Source: a bacterium
GTDB taxonomy: Bacteria > RBG-13-61-14 > DATKZS01
Reading direction: 5' to 3'
NCBI GenBank assembly: GCA_963674965.2
Contig: CAXXFL010000005.1
Location: forward strand, 704,001 to 768,000
Length of the DNA stretch: 64,000 nt
Shown: positions 1 to 11,061 of the stretch, one piece after another
How the letters are laid out: every line of letters begins with the position of its first letter
Numbering within the stretch: the stretch's first letter is position 1
Position numbers and translations under genes: made by a program
The notes under the pieces: model-generated
Databases searched by the model: none
The model's input: only the letters and a program-made list of their open reading frames with translations
What the model was told of the DNA's origin: nothing

Positions 1-898
1 GCACGCGGGCGGCCCGCCACCTCAGAACCAAAAGCTCGCCGAACTCGTCGCTGACGGGAGCGCTGACGTAGATAGTGTCGTCGTTGCCCACGACCTTATT
101 GCCACGCCGCTCCTCCCGGCCGTACAGGTTGTTCCAGACCGGAGGGTTTTGGGGCCCTCCCAGTAGTTCCTTTTTGGACCGCGCTTCCATAAGAAAGGAA
201 CCAAGCACGGAAGTGGCCCCACGTAAATAGATCATTCGCGAAAGCGCCTTCTCGGGACAGCGGCATTTCCCGTCCTCGTCGTATACGGCCACCCGGGGAG
301 GGGGCACGGCCCCATAAGCGCCGAGGGGATGGCCTTCCCTGTAGCCCATGCCCTCGTCGGGCAGGTACACCCGATACCCCAGAAACGCGGCCTTGTTGGG
401 CTTGCCTTCATTGGTCAACCCGGCGTATAGCGTATTGGCCGGACGCTCGCCGGCCGGCGGCCCCTCCATGAGCACGGTGATCTCGTACTCGCCCAGGTAT
501 TCGCCGCTTCTGGCGGTCCCGGCCACGAATGGGTTAACGCCGGAGGAGGGAACGATTTCATAATCGCGGATGGCGTCGATGGGCCTCAATTTCTCGTCGT
601 AAACGTTTATCGAGATATACCGGGCGTGGGGAAACTGGGACTTCATTACCAGGCGCTCGCCGGGTTTGACCCTCGCGGCGAAACCGTGGTAATTGGCGTT
701 GAAATCCGCGGGGCCCATGTCGTTGGACTCCGGACCCGGCTTGCACATCATGGCGCAGGAGCATCCATCCTCCCGGGTAACTCCAACCCGCTTCTCGCAA
801 CTCGTGATCAAAAGAAAAGACGCCAAGGCGACGGCCATGAAACCAGCCGTCCATAATCGGCACAAATGACGCGGAGTAATTCTTGCAAACTTTTTCAT
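1..898 (-). CDS. Putative lipoprotein of unknown function, runs off the left edge of the window
   Basis: Absent from the ORF track. Manual translation from ATG 898 (AAGGAG RBS upstream) reads MKKFARITPRHLCRLWTAGFMAVALASFLLITSCEK...FPHARYISINVYD... and stays open to the edge; lipobox-like ITSC. Confidence 0.75.
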   Translation of the reverse strand, partial: MKKFARITPRHLCRLWTAGFMAVALASFLLITSCEKRVGVTREDGCSCAMMCKPGPESNDMGPADFNANYHGFAARVKPGERLVMKSQFPHARYISINVYDEKLRPIDAIRDYEIVPSSGVNPFVAGTARSGEYLGEYEITVLMEGPPAGERPANTLYAGLTNEGKPNKAAFLGYRVYLPDEGMGYREGHPLGAYGAVPPPRVAVYDEDGKCRCPEKALSRMIYLRGATSVLGSFLMEARSKKELLGGPQNPPVWNNLYGREERRGNKVVGNDDTIYVSAPVSDEFGELLVLRWRAARV

Positions 899-1330
899 AA
901 TGCTCTCCTTGTCAGGGTCAGCGGTAACTTTTTTCCCGGCCGCGACTTTGACTATTTTATCCCATGGCCCCCATCCGGCGAAAGGCGGCGGCAAGACTCG
1001 CCCGGTTTGGCCACCCTGGGAGGCCGCCTTTATTGGTATTGGGCGCGAACGAGTGGGTGAGCGGAGCGAACGGGCTTGGCGCCTCGAGGCTTGTCGAAGC
1101 GGCAGGGCCACACGCCGCTAGAATCTGCCGCCTTGACCGTTGATCGGCGACGGGCGAAACCGGGTCCGTTTCTTCATAAACAGGAGGGGGATTTAATCCT
1201 TAGGCGCGGGAAGGAAAGGCCAATGTATGTCAAACCGCGAGCGTGACCCCTCCCTCGGCTTTCACGGGGGAGGGCCGTAATCGCGGCGGCAGAAAGGAGA
1301 GGCATGATCGGTCCTCTTTGGTTTTACCGG

Positions 1331-1519
1331 TCAGGACTCGTCTTTTTCCGTGTTTTTCTCGCTCACCTTTTTATAGATCATCACGAGAAGGACGATGATT
1401 ATGACGTTGAAAAGGACGGTAAGGCCAAGATCGAAGGCCTCCATAAAGCCCAGCGGCCTTATCATGTCCTTTAATTGATTTAGCACCAAAGCCAGGTAGT
1501 TGTACTGTTCCGGGGTCAT
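1331..1519 (-). CDS. Small single-TM membrane protein
   Basis: GGAGGAG RBS before the ATG; one hydrophobic segment followed by a Lys-rich tail. Confidence 0.65.
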   Translation of the reverse strand: MTPEQYNYLALVLNQLKDMIRPLGFMEAFDLGLTVLFNVIIIVLLVMIYKKVSEKNTEKDES

Positions 1520-1649
1520 TTTACTCCTCCAACGAGACGGCGATATCCGGCCGAGATGGGCTGGATTTTACAGGATGCCCGGTCCTGTAGTCAAGAAAGG
1601 CGGCGGCCAATATGGCCTCAATCCGCCCGGGATTAAAAAGGCGCCCATC

Positions 1650-1991
1650 TTACCCGCTCGCCAGTTTTTCGTACATGGCCTTGGCCTCGGGCGAGAACTT
1701 GTGGAAGCGCTCGAGGGTCTGGCAAGGGCCGTCCCCGCATTCGGCGCAATTCTCGAGGTCCCGCTCGCGGCAGCACTTTCTCACCCCGCAGCTATGGCAA
1801 TAGCCGATCAATACGCCACCCTCGGACTTGCAGCCCTCGCAATTAATGTCCTCCGGCTTCATCTCGAGCCCGAACTTTTTCGAGTACATGGCCGCCGTCT
1901 TCGCCCTGGCCTCGTCGTCGTCGTCCCGAGTGGCGATAAAAGTCGGACAACTCGAGCAAACAAGTCCGCAATATGCGATCATCTTCGACAT
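1650..1991 (-). CDS. DUF3795-like Cys-rich protein
   Basis: AYCGLVCSSCP, CEGC, CGVRKCC, NCAEC..PC pattern. Confidence 0.85.
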   Translation of the reverse strand: MSKMIAYCGLVCSSCPTFIATRDDDDEARAKTAAMYSKKFGLEMKPEDINCEGCKSEGGVLIGYCHSCGVRKCCRERDLENCAECGDGPCQTLERFHKFSPEAKAMYEKLASG

Positions 1992-2006
1992 GATTTCCCC
2001 CCTAAG

Positions 2007-3407
2007 TTAAATTCGATCAGCCATTATATAAACCCATTCAACCTGAATATATACAAAAAGCAGTAATAGCAAAAGAGCGGCTATTCTTTTTTTTCTGCCG
2101 GCGGGCAAAAGAGAAGTCAGCTTTTGCCTGAAGGTCGCTCCATTGGCCTTGGCGGCCCGAGCGAGCATATCGCAGGCGAACAAGGCGAGAATGGGGGTTA
2201 TGGGAGCGTGGTAGGTGGGATGAGAAAAGGAAATCCAGTAGGGCGCGGCGTATAGGAATATGGAGATAAGTCCCAGGATTTTAAGATAATTGTACCCCTC
2301 CTCTTCTCGCGGCGGCCCGAGAAAAGCCAGAATGGAAAAACAGGCGATAAAAAAATAAAAAACGTTGTCCAGGAGGATCAGCGAAAACCCGAACGTTTTT
2401 CCGGCCCCTTTCGACTTGATAAGGAAACCGCCCAAAAACGTGTCCATGGCGAAGAAGGCCCGCGCCCGGTTGGCCGTCCTTACAAGGAAAAGATCGGGAC
2501 GGCCGAATATATGGGAAAGGGCATGCTTGGCATATTGTTTCTCTTCTTCCTCAGAGGGAAAGGCCCGGATGGATTTGACCATTCGCCGATAACCCTCGGG
2601 GGCCAGTCGATCTGTCCGGGAACCGAAAATCCAGGTCTTGTAAAGAGGCGTATAGGGGTTGTTGCCCCTGAAAAAATTAACGTTGTTATACTTGTTGATA
2701 AAGGTGAAATAGCCCGACACTTCGCTTGCTTTCATGCACCATGTAAAAATCAGGGCGAAAGAAATAAGAGCGGCAATGCCGGCCGACCAGGTCCTGCCGG
2801 AAAGATACGCCGCCCCTATCGGTAACGCGGCCGTAAGGATGAGGCTCGAGGGCCTGGCCAAGGAGAGCAGCCCAAGGAAGAGGCCAAGAAGAGTCCAACT
2901 AAGAACGGAGGGCTTTTGGATGGCCCTCGTTCCAAGGTAAAGGGAAATCAATAATAAAGCCCCCGTCGGAAGCTGAGTAAGCGGAGTAATCGAGTAATAG
3001 ATAAAAGAAGGATAAAAAGCGAAAATAAATAGGGCCAGGTTGGACGTCGTCTCGCCCATGAACGTCCTCGATATCCTCCTCAACCCAAAACAAAGCGCCA
3101 GGTAGTAAACCAGCATGGACGCGCGTCCAATTAAAAAACCCGAGCCGAATATGCGATAGAAAAGAGCCAGATGAATAGGGACAAGGGGAGGAAACCAGGG
3201 AATGAAATCCCGTCCGGATAAAAGGTTATAAGCCATCTGGTCGTAATCCTCAGCGTCACTAATGAAAGGTTCGCCGCGAATGAAGATAATGATGGCCAGC
3301 CGGACAACCAGACCCGCCGCGACAATCAACAAGCCAACGCGGGGAGACGAAAAAATCTCCGTTCGACTTATATATGGTCCGCCCTTTTTATTATCGGCAT
3401 CCATCAT
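2007..3407 (-). CDS. GT-C fold (ArnT/PMT, GT39-like) membrane glycosyltransferase
   Basis: Many TM helices; SDAEDY after TM1; PPLVP, LARP and NFFRGNNP motifs. Confidence 0.75.
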   Translation of the reverse strand: MMDADNKKGGPYISRTEIFSSPRVGLLIVAAGLVVRLAIIIFIRGEPFISDAEDYDQMAYNLLSGRDFIPWFPPLVPIHLALFYRIFGSGFLIGRASMLVYYLALCFGLRRISRTFMGETTSNLALFIFAFYPSFIYYSITPLTQLPTGALLLISLYLGTRAIQKPSVLSWTLLGLFLGLLSLARPSSLILTAALPIGAAYLSGRTWSAGIAALISFALIFTWCMKASEVSGYFTFINKYNNVNFFRGNNPYTPLYKTWIFGSRTDRLAPEGYRRMVKSIRAFPSEEEEKQYAKHALSHIFGRPDLFLVRTANRARAFFAMDTFLGGFLIKSKGAGKTFGFSLILLDNVFYFFIACFSILAFLGPPREEEGYNYLKILGLISIFLYAAPYWISFSHPTYHAPITPILALFACDMLARAAKANGATFRQKLTSLLPAGRKKRIAALLLLLLFVYIQVEWVYIMADRI

Positions 3408-3498
3408 CGATCGGCAAAAAATCCTTGTATGGATTGTCGGCCCATCACAGTATAGCAGAATTGGCCCGTGAGGCTAAATGGACGTTAAGCCCATCCGA

Positions 3499-3530
3499 TT
3501 GCGGCCATCCCATAAGTCCAGTATTATAAT
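3499..3530 (+). promoter_or_regulatory. Candidate sigma70 promoter for the nth operon
   Basis: TTGCGG-N17-TATTAT with an overlapping TATAAT at 3525-3530. Confidence 0.4.
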
Positions 3531-3555
3531 TATCGACTAAGCGATTGATTTAACA

Positions 3556-4239
3556 ATGAGAAGACCTAAATCCGACGGGGAGAGGAGAGAGCTGATCGAG
3601 TATATCGACTCGAGGCTTCTCGAGGAATATGGAGACAAGATACCGAGCGAGCCGAGGCCCGATCCTCTCGACGAGCTGGTGCTGACGATTTTATCGCAAA
3701 ATACCAATGACGTGAACCGTGACCGTGCTTATAATAAACTAAGGGGCCGTTTCCCGAAGTGGGAGGACGTGCTCGATGCCCCGGTTGAGAAGATCGAGGA
3801 CGCCATTCGGGTGGGCGGCCTGGCGGGTCAGAAGTCAACGAGAATAAAAAGGATTCTCGGGGAGATCAAGGAAAGGGAGGGTAAGCTGAACCTTTCCAGG
3901 CTTTGCTCCGTTCCCAATGAAGAGGCCCTCGGGTACCTTTATTCCTTCAAGGGGGTGGGAGAGAAAACGGCGGCCATCGTTATGCTTTTTTGCTGTGACG
4001 TACCGGTCTTTCCCGTGGACACCCACATTCATCGCCTGTCGGGCAGGCTGGGGCTTATCGGGCTAAAAGACGACGCGGCCAAGGCCCACCGGAAAATGGG
4101 AAAGCTGGTACCGGAGAATATTATGTACCGGTTTCATATCAACCTTATCGAGCACGGCCGGGCCAGGTGCTCGGCCAGGAAACCCGATTGCGCGGCCTGT
4201 TGTCTAACCGAAAGGTGCCCGTCGTCGGGCAAGGTTTAA
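3556..4239 (+). CDS. nth: Endonuclease III family (HhH-GPD) DNA glycosylase
   Basis: ILSQNT, GVGEKTA HhH, VDTHIHR, C-terminal CxxxxPxCxxCxxxxxC Fe-S motif. Confidence 0.85.
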   Translation: MRRPKSDGERRELIEYIDSRLLEEYGDKIPSEPRPDPLDELVLTILSQNTNDVNRDRAYNKLRGRFPKWEDVLDAPVEKIEDAIRVGGLAGQKSTRIKRILGEIKEREGKLNLSRLCSVPNEEALGYLYSFKGVGEKTAAIVMLFCCDVPVFPVDTHIHRLSGRLGLIGLKDDAAKAHRKMGKLVPENIMYRFHINLIEHGRARCSARKPDCAACCLTERCPSSGKV

Positions 4240-4241
4240 TC

Positions 4242-7200
4242 ATGCAAAAAGCCTACGCGAACATCGAGGCCGAGGTCGAGAGGGTAAGACGCCGAAGGGT
4301 GACGCTCAGACGGCTTCGAGCGTCTTTTATTTTCCTCTTCGCCTTTACCGCGATTTTCACCCTGGCCCTCTTCCTTCTTCCCTCCCTGGACGGATGGCTT
4401 CGGGTGGGGGCCCGCGTGGCAGCTCTGGCTTCACTATTCATCGGCCTTGTCGCCTGGGCCGCCGGCCTGGCTTACGTTCGGGAGACGGCGGACTCCGCGG
4501 CCAGGTCCATCGAGAGGGCCAATCCCCACGCGAGCAACGACCTTATCAACGCCGTCCAGCTTACCAGGGCCATGGACGATCCCGGCCCGGCCGGGTCCTT
4601 CAGCCGGGCCCTTTTCGAGAAGCATCTCGAGAAAACCTCCGAGCTCATGCCCGAGCTGGACCTGGCGGCGGCCGCCCCCGCCCGCGTCCTTAAAAGACCC
4701 GCGGCCCTCGCGGCGGCGGCGGGCCTTGTTTTATTGACCCTTTGCGTCCTTTTCCCGGACCGCGCCGGGCTCGGCGCCTCCTCCTTGTTCACGGACTCAT
4801 TCAAGCCCGGGGAAACTGCTGACCAAGCCGCCCTGCCCCTGACCCTGGGAGACTTCACCCTAAGCTATCAGTTCCCCGAGTACAGCGGGATCGAGCCCCA
4901 AACCGTGGCCCACGCCAACGGCGACGTGGCGGCTTTAAAAGGAACGGTCGTCGCCATCCAGACCTCGTCGCTCGAGCCCCTGCGGAGCGCTTCCCTTATA
5001 ACCAGCGCGGGCACGAGCTACGCCATGGAGGTCGAGGACGAGACGACCCTCAAAACCGAGTTGGCCCTTTCCGAGGCGGGCACGTATTTTATCGAGGGCG
5101 TGGGCAAAAAGGGAGAGAAGCGCGCCGAGCCGGCCTCCCATCGGCTGCTTGTGGATGAGGACCTTCCGCCCCGGGTCAGCCTTCTTATCCCCGCGGCGGA
5201 CCTCGAGATAGCCGCCGAGGACAACCTGCCTCTTACTTACGAGGCCTCGGACGACTTCGGGCTTTCCCGGACCGAGCTTGTCTACCAGAGGGGCGGCAAG
5301 GAAACGCGTCTTCCCATCCTCAGCTTCAAGGGCGCCGACAAGAAGGAACTAAAGGACGAGCATGAATGGCCGCTCGGCCCGGAGAAGTTCCAGCCCGGGG
5401 ACCGGATCGCCTTTTTCATCGAGGTCACGGACAACGATGAAGTGTCGGGCGGCAAGTCGGCCCGGAGCGATACTCGGGTGCTCGAGATATTCAGCGCCAG
5501 GAAGGAACACCGGAGACTGCTGGCCAGGCAGGACGAGCTTCTCGACGCCATGATCGACCATCTGGCCTCCCACCTGGTTTCCTTTCTCGACGACAGGGCC
5601 CCGGGCGTGGACGCGTTGCCCTCGGAAAAGAAGATGCTCGCCCAGGCTTCCGAGCTGGTTTCATTCATTCGCGGTCTCCGCTCCGAGATCGAGGAGGACG
5701 AGCTGGCCGAGGAACTGGTAATGGACGCGCTTTCGGAAATGGCCGCTCGCTATTCCGCGCTCATCGGGGAAAGGTCCCAGTTGATAGAGGGCTTGTCGGA
5801 GCTGAGCGGGCCGGCGCGGGAAATCCTCTTCGGGCTGCAGGACGACTACCGTGCCGGGCTCGAGTTCGATATCGTTTACCTGGACAAGCTGGTCAAGAAG
5901 CAGAGGGTTGACGACCTCATGGAGGAGGCCGACGACCTTTACAAGGCGCGGGCCGACCTGGCGTCGCTTCTGGATGAATATAAAAGGACGGGCGACCCGG
6001 CCCTCCTCGAGGAGCTTCGCCAAAAACTGGAGGAGCTGCAGGAGGCCTTCGCCAACCTCCAGCGCAGAATGGCCGAGGCCAGGAAGGGCATGCCCGAGGA
6101 GTTCGTGAACGCCGAGGCCGCGTCGGACGAGTCCTTGGGCGGCCTGGCCGAGGAAATGGAAAAACTGCGCAAGGCCCTGGCCGACGGCGACGTGGAAGAC
6201 GTGATGGACATGGCCGACCGGTTCCTCGACATGATGGACCAGTGGATGACGGGGCTCGAGGAAAGCGCCACCGAGCTGAGCGACGTCATGTCTCGGGAGA
6301 TGATGAGGGAGCTCGGCGAGTTCACCGACCGGGTCTCGGACATGGCCCAGCGGCAAAAGCACATCGAGGAAGGGCTGCGGGAACTCTACGAGGGCGCCAT
6401 GCAGAACTCGCCCGAGCGCGAGGCCTTCGAGAACGCGAAAAGCGAGGTGGCCCAAAAGCTGGCCGAGGCCGACTCGAGCATCAACGACGCCATGAACGCC
6501 ATGAGCAGCCTCAAGCCGGGCGGCTCGAGGGGCTATCGGAGCCTGACCAGAAAACAATGGGAGGAAAGGCGGGCGGCCTCCTCCTCCTTGAACTCCATAC
6601 GGCGAGAGTTGAAAAACGCCCGAGAGGACCTGGCGAACAACGAGTTCGAGAAGGCCCTCCAGACTACGAGGGCGATGCGGGAGAAACTCGAGCGGACCAG
6701 GGACTTCATCGAGGAGGCGGCCGAGCGCGACGACGCGGGACCGAAAAAGCACCGGGAGAATTTCCAGGGGTCCTGCGACCGGGCCGGCGGCTCCATGGCC
6801 GGGGCGATCGAGGGCATGGAGGAGCTGATGGAGTCATCCTCCGTCTCGCTCTCGCCCGAGGGCCAGTCCATGCTCGAGGAGCTAAGCGGACTGCAGGAGG
6901 CCGTGAGGCAGGACGCCCAGCGGACCATGCAGGAATACGGGGAGTTCCGGGAACGGGTTTCATCCTTGCCCGAGTCGGTGGGACAAGACCTCGAGAGCGC
7001 CGGGCAAAAAATGCGGGACGCCCTGGGCGAGATATCCGCGGCCGACCCGGCTGGGGCCATGACTCCCGCCCGCGACGCCAGGAAACACCTCGAACAGGCC
7101 CTGGACGGTTTGAACAACGCCAAGAGCAAGATGGGACAGGGCATGATGATGGGCTCGGGCTCGATGAGCATGCCCTCCGGCCGCTCGAGCAGGAAGGGCG

Positions 7201-7367
7201 AGGACGGCAGGGAGGGGATGAACGAGGAAAACTTCGAGCTTCCCGACGAGGATTTATACAAGGTGCCCGAGGAATTCAGGGAACAACTCCTGCGCGCGAT
7301 GAAGGAGGATTCCCCCGAGGCCTATAAAAACCTGAATAAAGATTATTACGAGAGGCTGGTAAGATGA
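4242..7367 (+). CDS. DUF4175-like large membrane-anchored coiled-coil protein
   Basis: N-terminal TMs, PEYSG, D.PPRV, ASDDFGL, DNDEVSGGK, long helical C-terminus ending YYERL; start moved to ATG 4242 just after the nth stop. Confidence 0.75.
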   Translation: MQKAYANIEAEVERVRRRRVTLRRLRASFIFLFAFTAIFTLALFLLPSLDGWLRVGARVAALASLFIGLVAWAAGLAYVRETADSAARSIERANPHASNDLINAVQLTRAMDDPGPAGSFSRALFEKHLEKTSELMPELDLAAAAPARVLKRPAALAAAAGLVLLTLCVLFPDRAGLGASSLFTDSFKPGETADQAALPLTLGDFTLSYQFPEYSGIEPQTVAHANGDVAALKGTVVAIQTSSLEPLRSASLITSAGTSYAMEVEDETTLKTELALSEAGTYFIEGVGKKGEKRAEPASHRLLVDEDLPPRVSLLIPAADLEIAAEDNLPLTYEASDDFGLSRTELVYQRGGKETRLPILSFKGADKKELKDEHEWPLGPEKFQPGDRIAFFIEVTDNDEVSGGKSARSDTRVLEIFSARKEHRRLLARQDELLDAMIDHLASHLVSFLDDRAPGVDALPSEKKMLAQASELVSFIRGLRSEIEEDELAEELVMDALSEMAARYSALIGERSQLIEGLSELSGPAREILFGLQDDYRAGLEFDIVYLDKLVKKQRVDDLMEEADDLYKARADLASLLDEYKRTGDPALLEELRQKLEELQEAFANLQRRMAEARKGMPEEFVNAEAASDESLGGLAEEMEKLRKALADGDVEDVMDMADRFLDMMDQWMTGLEESATELSDVMSREMMRELGEFTDRVSDMAQRQKHIEEGLRELYEGAMQNSPEREAFENAKSEVAQKLAEADSSINDAMNAMSSLKPGGSRGYRSLTRKQWEERRAASSSLNSIRRELKNAREDLANNEFEKALQTTRAMREKLERTRDFIEEAAERDDAGPKKHRENFQGSCDRAGGSMAGAIEGMEELMESSSVSLSPEGQSMLEELSGLQEAVRQDAQRTMQEYGEFRERVSSLPESVGQDLESAGQKMRDALGEISAADPAGAMTPARDARKHLEQALDGLNNAKSKMGQGMMMGSGSMSMPSGRSSRKGEDGREGMNEENFELPDEDLYKVPEEFREQLLRAMKEDSPEAYKNLNKDYYERLVR

Positions 7368-8995
7368 TTAATAAAAAAAGCGCGCGAGCGATGGTCGCGG
7401 TGGCCACGTTGATCGTGGCCGCGATGATGGTCGGAGCCACGTCCTCGAGGGCGGCCAACCCGAGCGCCGCCGTTCTCATGTCCATCGGTTCCCGGGCCCT
7501 CCAGACCTGGGACTACCGCGAGGCCGGGCGCGTCAAGGACGAGCTGGCCCGGCTGGCCGAGTCGGGCGACGAGACGGCCAAGTCCATCGACGCCTCGTAT
7601 CGGGCGGACTACGGCTTTTACACGGGCGACTACGCCTCGGGCCGGGACGCCATGAACGAACTGGCCGCCCTCCGCGAACTGAGCGATTACGAGAAGTCCT
7701 TTCGCGACCGCCTCGCCGGCCTGGCCGAGACCTGGGACGGGGCGGTCGAGGCCCGCTCGGACCATTTTAGATTGAGGTACAAGCCGGGTCGGGACGAGGT
7801 CCTGGTCGAGCCCGCCCTTTCCACCCTCGAGAAGGCCTACGCGGCCCTCACCTCCGACCTGGGCGTGGCGCCCGCCGACCCGGTGCTGGCGGAGGTGTAT
7901 CCCAGTTTCGAGAGCTTCGCCAACTCGACGGGCCTGACCATGGAGGAACTCGAGGACTCGGGGACCATCGCCATCTGCAAGTACAGGCGGCTCATGATCA
8001 ACACCCCCCGCCGCACGCGGCAAGGATACTCTTACCGCGACACCCTTTCCCACGAGTTCGTCCATTTCCTCATCTACCAGAAATACGGGCCCGACATCCC
8101 CATCTGGCTGCACGAGGGCCTGGCCAAGTACGAGGAACTGAGGTGGAGGAAGGACGAGGGCGGAGAACTGACGCCCACCCAGAAGAGCCTTTTGGCCTCG
8201 GCCCTCCGCCAGGACGAGCTTATCACCTTCGAGCGCATGCACCCGAGCTTCGCCAAGTTCAAGACCCCGAGCCAGGGCCAGCTCGCCTTCGCCGAGGTCA
8301 CCACCGTCGTCGATTACCTGGTGAAGACCGGCGGCTGGGAAAGGGTCTTCGCCCTTTGCGACTCGATCTCTCAAACCAACGATTACCGGTCCTCCCTCGA
8401 GAAGGTCACGGGCAAGCCCTTTGACAAGTTCTGGAACGACTGGATAAAGCACGCCAAGGGCCTGGGCTTCCAGGAGCTTCCGGGCATGGAGATAACGGCC
8501 TTCGAGATCATGAAGGGCGAGAAGGGCCTCGAGGACGAGGAGGAAATCGGCGACGAGGGCGTGGCCGAGGAGGACCTGGCCTCGGGTGACGAGTGGCGCT
8601 ACGCCCGGATCGGCGACCTGCTCCGCGACAGGGGACACTACCGCGCCGCCGGCGTCGAGTACGGGAAGGCCCGGGAACTGGCGCCCTACTCGATACGCAT
8701 ACTCAACAAGCAGGGGATATGCTATACCCTGGCCGAGGACTACGAGGCGGCCCTCGAGCCCCTCGAGACGGCCATCGAGCTGGCCCCCGGCTACGGCTCG
8801 AGCTACGTCAACCTGGGCCGGGCCCTTTACAAGCTGGGCCGCTACGCCGAGGCGGAGGAAGTTTTCGCCAGGGCCCTGGACATCAATCCCTTTAACCCTA
8901 TTCCCTACGGACCTCTCCTGGACATCAACATGAAGGCCGGACGGGAGGACAGGACCGAGAAACTCAAAAGGGACCTGGTCCTGATTTCCAGCTAA
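7364..8995 (+). CDS. Secreted peptidase MA (gluzincin)-like protein with TPR repeats
   Basis: Signal peptide; HEFVH...PIWLHEGLA; C-terminal TPRs; ATGA overlap with the upstream gene. Confidence 0.85.
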   Translation: MINKKSARAMVAVATLIVAAMMVGATSSRAANPSAAVLMSIGSRALQTWDYREAGRVKDELARLAESGDETAKSIDASYRADYGFYTGDYASGRDAMNELAALRELSDYEKSFRDRLAGLAETWDGAVEARSDHFRLRYKPGRDEVLVEPALSTLEKAYAALTSDLGVAPADPVLAEVYPSFESFANSTGLTMEELEDSGTIAICKYRRLMINTPRRTRQGYSYRDTLSHEFVHFLIYQKYGPDIPIWLHEGLAKYEELRWRKDEGGELTPTQKSLLASALRQDELITFERMHPSFAKFKTPSQGQLAFAEVTTVVDYLVKTGGWERVFALCDSISQTNDYRSSLEKVTGKPFDKFWNDWIKHAKGLGFQELPGMEITAFEIMKGEKGLEDEEEIGDEGVAEEDLASGDEWRYARIGDLLRDRGHYRAAGVEYGKARELAPYSIRILNKQGICYTLAEDYEAALEPLETAIELAPGYGSSYVNLGRALYKLGRYAEAEEVFARALDINPFNPIPYGPLLDINMKAGREDRTEKLKRDLVLISS

Positions 8996-9023
8996 ACGTA
9001 TCCGGGCCAGAGTAAAAAGACCA

Positions 9024-10082
<1,059 letters not shown>

Positions 10083-10125
10083 GCCCGATGAGCCGAAAAG
10101 ACAACCAGGAAACGGCGGTGTTCAC

Positions 10126-11061
10126 ATGAGCGGCGCGGCCGACCCCGAGCTCCTGCAAAGAATCAGGGCGCTCGAGCTCAAGGCCAGGGAGGTGGCCGAC
10201 GGGCTTCTGCTCGGCATTCACCACGCGCCCCACCGCGGACGCTCCCTCGAGTTCGCCGAGCACAAGGAGTACTCGCCGGGCGACGACTTGAGGCGGGTGG
10301 ACTGGAAGCTCTTCGCCAAATCGGACCGCTATTACGTGAAGGAGTTCGAGGACGACACCAACGTGACGGCGGTCATGGCCGTGGACGGGTCGGCCTCCAT
10401 GGACTACAAGTGGGAGGGACCGGGCGGACGGGGCAAGAACGGTGGTCCCACCAAGCTGGACCTGGCCCGGACCCTGGCGGGGGCCTTGTCATACTTGCTT
10501 CTTTCCCAGTCCGACTCGGTCGGGCTTATGACCATGGCCGGAAAGATCGTGGACTACCTTCCGCCCCGCGCCAAGCTGGCCCACTTCCACGAGATCACCG
10601 CCAGGCTCGGGGGCCTCGAGCCGGAAAAGGAAACCAACCTGGCCGCGTGCCTGGCCGACCTTTCGACCCGGCTGAAGGAGAGGGCCCTCATCATTATCCT
10701 CTCCGACCTCCTGGACGAACCCGAGCCCGCCATGAAGGCCATAAGGCTCATGAGAAGCAGGAGACACGAGTTGGTAATCTTCCACGTGCTGGACCCGTCG
10801 GAGATCGAGTTCCCCTTCGACCGGCTCAGCCAATTCCACGACCTGGAGGGGCCCCTCAAGCTGCTCGTGGACCCACGGGCCATCCAGAAGGAATACAAAA
10901 AACATTTCTCCGGCTTCCTCGAGAGCGTCAAGGCCGAGTGCGCCGGGGCCGCCATCGATTATACCCTGGCCCGGACCGACCGGGAGCCCGCGTCCATCCT
11001 CAGCTCGTGGCTCATGACCCGGGCCGCCTCCATGGGCTCGAGGGGAAGGCCGGCAAGATGA
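10126..11061 (+). CDS. DUF58 vWA-like protein
   Basis: EFAEHKEYSPGDDLRRVDWK; DGSASM MIDAS; ILSDL. Confidence 0.92.
   Translation: MSGAADPELLQRIRALELKAREVADGLLLGIHHAPHRGRSLEFAEHKEYSPGDDLRRVDWKLFAKSDRYYVKEFEDDTNVTAVMAVDGSASMDYKWEGPGGRGKNGGPTKLDLARTLAGALSYLLLSQSDSVGLMTMAGKIVDYLPPRAKLAHFHEITARLGGLEPEKETNLAACLADLSTRLKERALIIILSDLLDEPEPAMKAIRLMRSRRHELVIFHVLDPSEIEFPFDRLSQFHDLEGPLKLLVDPRAIQKEYKKHFSGFLESVKAECAGAAIDYTLARTDREPASILSSWLMTRAASMGSRGRPAR

Noticed and set aside
965-1165. Possible c-di-GMP-I riboswitch (GCGAAAG, GGGCGAAACC)
   Set aside because: The motifs are not in the required order or spacing, and lie on the strand opposite the flanking genes.
10410-11057. N-terminal extension of the 929-aa ORF
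   Set aside because: Overlaps DUF58 in another frame; the BatA motif begins at ATG 11058.
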